64,000 nt of DNA from the NCBI GenBank assembly GCA_965153455.1, contig OZ234494.1, positions 5,704,001 through 5,768,000 of the forward strand, in the 5' to 3' direction. This stretch comes from Sphagnum compactum (taxonomy: Eukaryota). The translations under genes and the position numbers were made by a program. Shown in pieces: positions 27,380 to 38,910 of this stretch (within the stretch, counting starts at the first letter, position 1; each line of letters starts with the position of its first letter). The notes below the pieces were generated by a model that was given only the letters and a program-made list of their open reading frames with translations, was not told where the DNA came from and did no database searches.

Positions 27380-27824
27380 CTAGTGCAGCTTGTGCCATTG
27401 ACCCAAGTGTGGATTGGTTAACCAACTATTTTTTCTTCCAAAACCATTTTTTGTAATTTAATTGAATTTTCCATGATAAAAACTACTCAAAAATCAACAT
27501 TTCTCACACCTCAAGTCTAAAAGTTTCTAAATCACCTTCATCAAATCATACTCATTACGGATTTTCCCCCAATACCAAGAGCACCTCCAAATTCACCTAT
27601 AAATCTTAGTTTTGATTTAAATAAATTTTCAATGATAAAAATTCAATATACAATAACTTCACAGCCATAGGTCGAAACATTATGAAATCAACTTTGTGCA
27701 CCCTTATTCATTGAGGCTTTCCTAAGGTACCAAGAACATGGCAAGAGGCATGTGGTTTGGGAGATCTTAACATGACAAATTTAAAACAAACAAAACAAAC
27801 AAACAACCTTCTTTCATAAATAGA
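27380..27824 (-). mobile_element. Non-autonomous Helitron (445 bp)
   Basis: The minus strand starts TCTATTTATG and ends with an imperfect hairpin (cttgggtc-aat-ggcacaag) plus ctgcaCTAG. It sits between A and T with no TSD. Confidence 0.7.
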
Positions 27825-28255
27825 TGTTTTTTTTGGGTTTGTTGTTAATAGTGTAACTTTATTATCACCTCTAGTATCCAATGTTTGTTTTTGTGGCAAA
27901 ATTTCCGTCACTTGGTGACAAAAAAAACCTCTACAAAGGCCCTTTAGGAATTAAAATTTTCACTAAAAATCAATGGTGAACAACCTAGTCGTAACCATCC
28001 AAAAGATTAATGAACAAGATTTGTCACCATCGCTACTGAAGTGGGGTGACCATTGGATGCCACCCTAACCCTCTCTTGTCACTATTAGTCACACCACCAC
28101 CTGATTAAGGTGTTTTGCTATTGTCACTTGTACTGCAAGATCGTATTTGTAAATTGCCTACAAGATGGAACTTCAATTTTTTATGTTCATAGCTGTTGTA
28201 GGATGAGATTTTGATCATTAAAGGTTTAGGTTTAGAAATTAATATGTTTGGCATT

Positions 28256-28568
28256 TGTTAACAAATAGGAGATCTACTCAAGTGCAAACAAAAAACTTTA
28301 TTGAAAGGAAACTATAACACGATGCTCACAACACAAAACACAAAATCAAGAACTCCTCAAGGTTCTTATCACAAGAAATACACAAACTTGTGTAATGAAG
28401 AAAAGAGAGCCAAACCATCAACACCAAGGTATTTAACTACAAGACCACACCACAAATAACCAAACTAAAATAAGTAAAGAAAGTAGTTCAACCTTGTGAA
28501 AGTAACCTAGTTACTTTCTTACTCTAGTAACTAAAGAAACCTAACTAGTTGAGCTTGAATTCTCAACA
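28256..28568 (-). mobile_element. Copia 3' LTR (313 bp)
   Basis: Minus strand TGTTGAGAA...TTAACA, preceded by the PPT cttgagggggag. Near-identical inverted copy at 38352-38664. Confidence 0.95.
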
Positions 28569-30630
28569 CTCCCCCTCAAGCTCAAATCCACTTCTAGTAC
28601 ACCAAGCATTTTTCGAAACTTCTTTAGCTTGTCTATATCTAAAGCCTTTGTGAAAATGTCAGCAACCTGATCTTCAGTATTGACATGAATAAGGTCAATT
28701 TCTTTTGCTAGAACTTTTTCTCTAATAAAGTGGTAGTGCACCTCAATGTGCTTTGTCCTAGCATGATAGACCGGGTTGTTAGCAAATAATATGCTACTGA
28801 TGTTATCACAATAAATGACAACAGTAGCATCCACTAACTGTCCCAAATCTGAGAGTAGTTTTTGTAACCAAACTACTTCACATGCAATAATTGCTACACC
28901 TCTATATTCTGCCTCCGTGCTTGATAATGCAACTGTTGGTTGTTTCTTACTGCTCCAACTAACAACACCACTTCCAAAAGAAAACATGAAACCACTAGTT
29001 GATCTTCTATCTGAAACATTGCCTACCCACCAGCATCCGTGTATCCATGTACTTGTAACTGGCTCTTGGCTTCATAGAAAATTCCACAATGCAAAGTATG
29101 TTTTATGTACCTCAGTATGCGCCTCACTGCATCCAAATGTGGCTTTCGTGGTGTTTGCATGAATTGACTCACCACTCTAACTGCATAACTCAAATCTGGC
29201 CTTGTGATGGTCATGTAAATCAAACTCCCCACTATGCGCTTGTACATAATGGCATCCTCCACAAGGTCTCCTTCATCTGCACTTAACTTCACATTTTGCT
29301 CCAATGGAATTGAAATGGGTTTGCACCCTGTCATCCCATATTCGGACAATTTGTTCAAGGCATATTGCCTTTGTAATAACCATATCCCTTTGGGGGATTG
29401 GATTACCTCAATGCCGAGGAAGTAACGCAATTCTCCCAAATCCTTCATCTCAAACTTTTGCTTCAAAAGTTTCTTCAAATCAAAGATGTCTGCATCACTA
29501 TCTCCTGTGATAATCAAGTCATCAACATAGATGACTATGACCACAATCCCATGATCTGTCTTTTTAACATATAGTGAAAAATCTGCATTGGATATTTGAA
29601 ATCCACTTGTGACAAGATATTGACCTATCTTATCTGACCAAGCTCTAGGTGCTTGTTTCAAGCCATACAACGCTTTCTTCAACCTACAAACCAAATTAGG
29701 ATGTGTTTGGTCCACATAACCTGGTGGTTGTTCCATGTACACTTCTTCTTGTAAATCTCCATGAAGAAAGGCATTCTTTACATCCATTTGATGTAATGAC
29801 CATCCTTTTGCTGCTGCCATAGCAATGATTGCTCTTACAGTTGTCATTTTGGCAACTGGACTATAGGTCTCTTCATAGTCTATGCCATAAGTTTGGGCAT
29901 AACCTTTGGCAACCAATCTTGCTCACAGATCCATTTGCATTGTGCTTGACTTTGTACACCCATTTGCACCCAATTGCTTTCTTGTCCTTTGGTAAAGCTA
30001 CCAACTCCCAAGTATCATTAGCATCCAACGCTGCCATCTCTTCATCCATGGCATTGTCCCACTTAGGGTTTCCAGCCGTTTGTTCAAAACAAGTCGGTTC
30101 AACCTCCTATATAACTCTCACCATGTATGCGTAATGATGAGCTACAAAGCCATCATATGTGAGTCTTTGTACAGGGTACTTGACTCGTGTGGATCTTCGT
30201 ACTCCACTAATGTTATCATGTGTTTTCAAAACTTTCTTGGCCATTCGAGCTCCAGGAGTAGTAACTAAAGGGATTCTTGATTCTTCACCCACACTCTTCT
30301 CTGAATCACTTGACTCAGCATCTACATGAGAATTCCTAGATGATGTTTGAGAACTACCATGTATAGTGTTTGAAGATCTTAATCTTCCTTTCCATGGAGT
30401 GCTACTGGACCTACTAATTGAAGATTCTTGTGGTCCACTAATTAATTGTGATTCTTATTCCACATTTGATGAAACATCACCATTTCTAGCCTCTCCATCT
30501 TCTGCTATCTTCAATGGTGAATACCAACTAATCATCTCATCAAACACAACATCTCTACTCACTTGTAACTTCCGAGCAGAAGGGTTGAAACATCTATATC
30601 CTTTTTGTTCTGAGGAATATCCAATGAAGA
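28541..30630 (-). pseudogene. pol: Ty1/Copia pol 3' part (end of integrase region, RT, RNase H), disrupted by small deletions
   Basis: Motifs [91 protein letters not shown]. Frame breaks near 29020 and 29920. Homology ends abruptly at ~30630. Confidence 0.95.
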
Positions 30631-30830
30631 CTAATTTGAGAACATTGATGCAATAAGAATTTATACAATCTTTCATGCTCCATTATGCATTGAATAACAT
30701 GGCTTGTGTTGTTCAATAATGGAGGAAATCTTACCACCTCTACCACATAAGAATTCTGATCATGTGGTAGTCCTTTTGAATTACAGCAAATAGTACAAGT
30801 TGGCAACACTTCAATTTTGTGTTGTGAATT

Positions 30831-33800
30831 TTAATTCACTGTAGTTGCATCACTTGGCAATTCATACAATGAATCATTATTAAAAACACGATGATTTTTT
30901 GGTGGCATCAAAAACTTCACAGCCCTAACCAAATGTGAATATAAATATACCACATGGGAATCTTTCAGCAATACATAAGTTGAATCTGAATTCCCCCATT
31001 TTTTATAGTATTTTCCTACAACAACTTCATCCCCTTCATTGTAATTCATACCCCACTTATAGTTCAAGGGACCATTCAACTTGTGAAGTGGTTTGGTGCA
31101 CCACATTATCCAAAAATTTTGCCCTTTGCTATTGCCTTCTTTCGCATTAATAGCAAAATTATCACCAACCTCTAAGCTGGCAGCTAGTTCATCACCACCA
31201 ACACCATGTCGCCATTCCCCATCCCAAGCAACATACATGGAGTCCCTTACAAAAATAATGTTCAGATATTAGAGAAACCTTGAAACCCAATTTCCTGTCC
31301 ACTTAAAATTGACACTTTCAGCGCACCTATTATTAATGCGAAAGGCACAAAAACATGACAATGGTTTAACTTGAAGCTGTGTTAAAACATCTTTGTTAGT
31401 AACAAGGATACAATGAATTTTTTGAGTGTTTTCCAAGGTATTACATGTAAAAATTCCAGAATTACGGTCAACATGTTCTGATACAACATGCCAAAACACT
31501 CGACGGATTGGTTTTTTTTCCCCTAATTAGGAAGATTCTGAATGATCAAATAGGTTAGCACAAAGGAAATTAACAACCTCCTCAACATTTTGTATTTTGT
31601 GCAATGAGGATTTAACTGTTCATGTCGAATGAAACGTTTTATAACAATTCCTGCTCCATTGTGGGGTCCCTTACCATGTCCACTGCCAAAAAAATTCCAC
31701 ATCATCTTACACCCACCCGTCATGTTAGGATATCTAGAAACAAAATACCATGGTTTTGAAGACTTGAATTGGCTAACACAACCGTCAAACCAGACATAAT
31801 GCCAAATGGGTGCAACCCCTTGGTTTGAAATATACCTCTAATGCATCTTGAAGCAATGCTGAACAAATTTAGAATCATGCTTGCAATCATCGGAGATATA
31901 AAAATGATATTCTATCAGAACCTTGGAATCTTCATCATAGATATCAAAATCAGTGTTAGATCGATATGTAATATGAACCAAAATACTAATTTGGTAGGAA
32001 TGCCAATGCATGTTCTCCATTTCATTTTGCACTTGGAAATTATAATTTTTAGCAAAATCCATTATAGAAACTATGGAATCTTTTGAAAGTGACTTCACAC
32101 AAGTCTTAAAATGTTTGTCTTGCCATCTAACAACAAAATTATGTTTCACAAAATGTTGTAGCTTGGGCTTCAGATATTCAATGAATTCATCTAATGACAT
32201 CTTCTTGTATACCAATGTTAACTTCCTTAGAGCTTTCCCATTTCTAGACCTAGTCTCTTCAAGAGCATAACGTCTCCACTTCACAAGTTTGTCATTTATA
32301 CCATTCAACTCCTATGAACATAAAGACAATTTCTCTACACCACAAATTGCACAATCTCCATACAAGCATTCTTTCCTATGCATGTTCATCAAATTTAGCT
32401 TTTGGGCAAACAACAAATTCCCACAAGGATGTGGTGCCTTTATAAAGCATTTTGCAAGGGGCACATGCCTCATATTCATTCTAATTACATACCTTTGAAG
32501 AATGGTTAGTTTGTCCTTGCAGGTTGTTCAATCCCACTCTTAATTCATCCAACTCCACGTGGTAAATACAACATGTATTTTGATCCCGCATAGGTTTTAC
32601 AAAGAATGGCTTCAAGAGCTCAAATGATCATTGTCCTATGCAAGTTCCCACATTGGCAGCCTTGAACCTTAGGCAAAACTTAGTCTACAAAGCATCAACA
32701 TGGATAGTACTCAGTCAATGCGAATTTATTAATCTAACCAAATGCACATCGAACTTCTTAACATCATGGAAGGTGGATAATGGACAAAATCTTCACAAGA
32801 TGGATAGTGGGTAATGGATAGCTTCTTCATAGCATAGATAATGGGTAATGGACAAAATCTTCACATGATGGATAGTGGGTAAGGGACTTCTTTTTCACAA
32901 CATGGACAATGGGTAATGAATTGGAAAAACTTAGTTTGCAAAGCAATCAAAAGGGACAATTTTCAGTCAATGTGAATTTAAATTAACCAAATGCATAGTG
33001 AGCTTTTTCACAACATGGATATTGAAGTAATGGACGAAATCTTCACATGATGGAGAGTGGGTAAGAAACAACTTCTTCACAACATGGATAATGGGTAATG
33101 AATAGGAAAATTAATGTAGTTTGCAAAGCAATCAACATGGATAGTTTTCAATCAATGCGAATTTGATTTAACCAAATGTAGAATGACAATAGACAAATGG
33201 GAAAGGACATATGCATTGTTATAATTCTTGGAAGATACAAGAACCTTTCCGTAATTAGCCACTTGCATGGCTTGTTGACGTTGTGTTACATTCATACAAA
33301 AAACTTTTATCATTCAATCCAAAAAACTTTGCTTGTATTTAGATTGCAACAAAAGACACATCCACATCTCAAGCGTGAAAGAAAATTCTGTGTAAAGTTT
33401 TGATCGGTACCTAATGTTGAAATTTCAGAAATTGATCTTCTTTTAAAGATGTGAAAGTCTTTAGCCTGATCGTGAAAAAAAGAGCAATTGAAGGGGAGTA
33501 CTACAAACCATTGTTTTCTACAAGTTAATCAAATGGATTAGAATGAGTACCTACTAAAACCAAATGGACAAAACTTGGGCACATACACATGGAATCAAGT
33601 GGATTATAAAAGAATGGAAACGGAACCATATGGACAATTTTACTAAAGTTTATGGAACCAAATGGACAAATGATACATACATAGAAGCCCAATGGATTAT
33701 AAAGTAATCCATATGGAAACATATGGACAATGTCAATAAAGTTTATGGAACCAAATGGACAAATGATCATACATGGATGCAAAGTGGACTATAAAAGAAT

Positions 33801-36800
33801 CCATATGGAAACATATGGACAATGTCAAAAAACTTTGTGGAATCCAATGAACCCTTATAAATACTTATGGAACAAAATGGACATTAATAGTAAACTTCAT
33901 GGAATTGAATGGACTCATTCAGAATATAGCTGAAACTAGATGGACAATGAAGGACTTTTGTACCATGTATCCTAGTTAACATCAATACAAAGGTGTTGAT
34001 TACTAAGTAGTTTGTGTTTGCCAATGAAGGATTCATTACTGAAACAAATTTAGTACATTGGATTTTTTGAGTAGACATGGATGGAATATTCATACTACAT
34101 ACTTTAATCCACACTATATACACTAGTTCTATACAAAATGCATCAACGTTCCATACAATGATCTCAACACTTCAAGAAAATCCAAAAATCCGAGTATCAA
34201 GCTAAAGTTGGTAGATCTTCACATGGAATCTTCATTGTCCTTGTGCATTGATGTTCACAACATGGACAGTGGGCTTCACATTTAAGTGAAGTCATGTACA
34301 ACAATTCTTTTGGAAAGAAATGAACATTGGTCTATATCATAGCTAGTAGGCTTCACATTCAAGTGAAGTCAATTATAACAAAAAAATTGAAAAAAAAAAT
34401 TAGAAGGAAGGCTTCAAATTAGAGCACTGATAGTCATTGGGCTTCACATTCAAGTGAAGTCAAGTAAAACAAAAGAATTGAAAAAAATAAACAATGGGCT
34501 TCAATTCAACTGAAGTCATGTACAACAGAAAAATTGAAAAAAAATGGATAGTCATCTTCAAATTAAAGCATGGATATTGGGCTTCACATTCAAGTGAATT
34601 TAATTACAACAATAAAACTTGAAAAATACATAAACAGTGGGCTTCTTCATAACATAGATAGTGGGTTTCACATTCAAATGAATTCAAGTATAACAAAAGA
34701 ACTTGAAAGAAAGGTAGATTTAGAACCTGAATTTCCATCAAGAAATGTGTAGGTCTTTCATCATACACCATGGCTTCCAACCTTTTTCGTGTGACATCAC
34801 TTTTGTTTGGACTCACACGGGTCTCCAAGTCCACCAATCAATGATTACTTTTTTCAACAACTTAGGCAACCCATCAATCCTTTTCTTCCTCACAAATAAT
34901 GAACAAAATGCAAAACCATTATCATCTATCAACTTTTGCCTTGAAATAATTGCACTCACATTTCTATGGTGGACACCAAGGGTTTTTGCAACATCCCTTG
35001 TTAATGATGAACTATGAACACTAATAGCAACGGTCAATAACACATGTTTTGCTACAAGTTTAACACCATTATTAGAACCTCGATTTTCAAGTAAGGCTTT
35101 CATGACACCTACAAGCACTTCTTATTGAGTAATGGCAACCTTTGCATGCAAGATGTAATCAGGAAGATCATCATGAACCTTAACATGAGAAATGGCCTTT
35201 ACCATCACAAGTTTTCTATTCATAGGTCTAGGGCAAACTATCAATGTTTTTGAAATGAAATTAGCAATAATATTTGCTATCCGTCGTAACTTGCATTCTT
35301 CCATAACTTGTTCATGGTTGGCATCTGCATAGTTCTGGACTTCTCTTTCAACTTCTCTTTTAGCTTCTCTTTTGGCTTCTTTTTTGGCTTCTACCTCTTT
35401 CCACAATGCATTGTAACAGTGTTGTTGTTCATTATTTCTCTTCGTCTACTGACAATGCCACCCAATTGTTCAATTTCTCCTGGCCTCTTAACATTCTTCT
35501 TGTTGTCAACATGCTTTTGAAAACCCATCATTCAATGTATATTGGGTCACTATGAATCTGCACACAATCTAACAAACAATTAGGTCAAATTGACTTGTTG
35601 CACGAAATGTACATACATAGTTAAATTTGAACCAAAGGAAAAAATGAAAGCCATGAATACTCCACATTTGCTTATGATTTCAACACATTGTTGCCATGAT
35701 GCTTGCCAAGGCATTTTGCACATCTATAGGGTGTTCGTCACATTGTATCCACCAACCACCATAGTGGACATAAGCCTTGATTTTGTGATAACAGAATCTT
35801 ACACAAATCGTCCAACCACTAAAAAAAATCAGTTCCATACATGGAGAATAAACAACCATTTGCAGACCTGAATGGTGATTATCATAAGGAACCTTAAGCA
35901 ATAATATATTTCCCCACTCGGGATAATCAATGCAATACCACGAGAATGGTTAAAGAATGAGATTGCCACAAAAAGTATTGTTAATATTCAAAGCAAAGAA
36001 TGAAAGAAATGGTGGAAAGTCACTGTGCTAACCCTCACAAACCTCCTCCAAGCTGTTTTCGGACCAAACTAATATATTTGCACACAAGATGTTACACTAC
36101 AAATTGATAACTTATGTCTTTTTGTTTGCTAAGAACCTTGTGATCTCTAGGAAAACTTTCAAAAGCACCGCATGAAGGTGTTCAACTCAACTCAGTTTCA
36201 ATATGTGCAAGTTCATTTGTTTAAAAACTTTAGGAGCATAAAACGGATTAAAAAATCCAAGAAGCAAAGATTCAAGACTTTATGGCTTTAGAAAGCTAGT
36301 GCATATGAGAAGCAACGGATGAGAAGAACAATGATTAGAAGCAACGGGTTGCAACAACCAAGGCACACAAGACAAAGCCTTAACAAATGTGGTCATTCAA
36401 AAGTTGGGCGCGAGAAATAGAAACCCTAACTTGGTCTACTTCCCAGATTGTGACATGTGTTTCAGTGTCGTCACAAGTGGGGTAAGCTAGTAGCCAAAAA
36501 AATGGTTTTTCACAAAGTTGATAGGTGGTAGATGTTATGTAGGGCCTTAAAGCCCTTTTCTTTGAAAAATTGTCCCCCAATTTTTTTTCTATAATAAATG
36601 GTGGACTTTCCCAACTTTAGTGATCTCATATGGCATGGTGATAAATGAATTATGAAACTATGCATTCAAACTTAATTTTAGCATGACAATACAATCACAA
36701 ATATATTAGGATTTTTTTTTACACATCCCACATGGGGATTGTGAAATAAAAGTAAAACATTTTATGGACTATGATCATGGTGTTTTGTATCATTTCAAAA

Positions 36801-37009
36801 GTCCACCTCATAATGAGATGGTGGTTTTTTAGTGTCAAATTTTTACATTCGATATTATGCATATTATAAATTGCTTAAATGAGTCCCTTCAACATTTTTC
36901 AATCATATCCCAAATTATGTAGCACTGAACTTACGTGTAACCCCACATAAACTACCTTGTGCCATCAAAAAACCCAAAGAGTCCAATTTCGGCACCAACA
37001 TTTTGACCC
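30831..37009 (-). mobile_element. Decayed intron-containing DDD DNA transposon, Sola2-like (copy 2)
   Basis: N-terminal exon ~35500-34727 reads ..AKTLGVHHRN..ETRVSPNKSDV..THFLMEIQ, followed by GT-AG intron 34726-32685. The next exon has LLKPFFVK..NTCCIYH, MDFAKNYNFQVQNEMENMHWH, VWFDGCVSQFK, FFGSGHGKGPHNGAG and a C-terminal LEVGDNFAINAKEGN domain. Candidate 5' terminus GGGTCAAAAT at 37009. Confidence 0.75.
32690..34700. repeat. Several degenerate tandem repeat blocks inside the transposase intron
   Basis: ~190-250-bp units with atggataatgggtaat (32680-33190), atatggacaa/aatggacaaatg units (33560-33890) and gggcttcacattcaagtgaagtca units (34270-34690). Confidence 0.8.
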
Positions 37010-38351
37010 TCCTGTCTACTTTTGAACAAACCCGACATTTGACCATGTGCATCTTCACATCATCTCCACAGATTGGTTCAAACCAACAAAACCTTGTTGC
37101 CCATCATTCCTGATAAACCATGTTCAATTCCCACTCACTTTTCTTTTGCTTCTTTTTCTTTGGTTCACTAGGACCAGCTTTCAATGGATCTATAGACTGG
37201 GGAAGGTCTTCGCTCACTAAAATATCTTTACCCTTATCAAAAGTGAATGGTTAAGGTTTGGTTTGAAAAAGGGCTTTAGGAGGAACATTAGATGACAAAG
37301 GTGTAATTTGAAATGGATTGTGGATAGAAACATCAATTTGACTAGGTGAAAAACTAGCAAATGATGATGGTGATAATGTTGGTGTGTTTGCAAGGAGTTC
37401 GGGGTTTGCAAAAGTAGATTAAAAAAAATGAAATCTAAAATTTGGCAGTGGTTTCAAGGGCACCATCACCATAAACAAGGGTTTGGTTCACTTAAGCAAA
37501 AAACCACAAAATGGTTTGGAAACATTAGGCAAGGGGTAGAGAGGGAATTAAAAATTGATGCTAATAAATACCTTGGGCTTTGAATTCAATCAAAACTAGT
37601 ATGCATTGAAAATCAACACACCTAGACCCTTGAGCTCTAATAACAACATGTCATTTCATCTTGTGCACTTCATTTCATTTCCCCTCACTTCATTTCACTA
37701 CACAAACCCTTTCAACTTTGACATTCGGCAACAAAGTTTCAAACCAAATAACTACACAATAAAAACACTTCAACATTGCACACAATGTCCAAGAAAAACA
37801 TGCAAAATAACACTTAGGATGTAAATTTTTGCTCCAATGTTGAGCTGCAACAAGGTTGCACACAAACAAAAACAAATTGAAAATACAAAAAACACCAAAT
37901 CAAAGTTGATGGAGGCAATTATGTACTTCAAAGTAGTTTATGAGACCTTAACTCCTTTGAATGTTGCTGCTTCTTGGTATTCGCCTCTCCACAATTGAAA
38001 TATAAGAAAAAAATCATAGAAAATGAAAAAAAATCAACATTGTGTTTCCTTGTGTACTTAAATTTTTTTTTTGTAGATTATTGTTGCAACTTCCACAACT
38101 CCATGAAAGTAAGAAATCAAATGGACCTTGCACTTGATGTAACACAAAAGTTGGTTCAACAATTGTCCAACTTTCAAATTTTAAAACAATTTGCACCATA
38201 ATTGCCATAATTAATGAAAACACAACAAGTTAATTATTATACCCCCCATGGTCATGCCATTTAATGTTGGGCTTGCATTCTAAAACAAAACATGCTTATC
38301 AAAACCTCCATAATCCATTTTTCACAACATGTGGGATTTGTTACTGAATGT

Positions 38352-38910
38352 TGTTGAGAATTCAAGCTCAACTAGTTAGGTTTCTTTAGTTACTAGAGTA
38401 AGAAAGTAACTAGGTTACTTTCACAAGGTTGAACTACTTTCTTTACTTATTTTAGTTTGGTTATTTGTGGTGTGGTCTTGTAGTTAAATACCTTGGTGTT
38501 GATGGTTTGGCTCTCTTTTCTTCATTACACAAGTTTGTGTATTTCTTGTGATAAGAACCTTGAAGAATTCTTGATTTTGTGTTTTGTGTTGTGAGCATCG
38601 TGTTATAGTTTCCTTTCAATAAAGTTTTTTGTTTGCACTTGAGTAGATCTCATATTTGTTAACATGGTATCAGAACTTCGGTTGTTTGGTGAGAAGGTTG
38701 AAAGAGATCTAGAGCTAGAGCTTGAGAGTCTCTAATAATATCATAGGAGTTTGTCAAGTGCAAAAGAGAAACGGGGAAAGGAAAGAAGTGAAGAGAAAGA
38801 AAAGAAATGAAAAGAGGTGAGAGGAGATCCACATATCAAGAGTTGTGGAAATCAGATCTTTAAGTCTAGATCTAGATCTACTGTGAAAAGATTTTGGAGT
38901 GAAACTTTAA
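38352..38910 (+). mobile_element. Copia 5' LTR (38352-38664) with tRNA-iMet PBS and start of the 5' UTR
   Basis: TGTTGAGAA...TTAACA followed immediately by TGGTATCAGAAC (canonical PBS TGGTATCAGAGC). No gag follows. About 3 differences from the LTR at 28256-28568. Confidence 0.93.
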
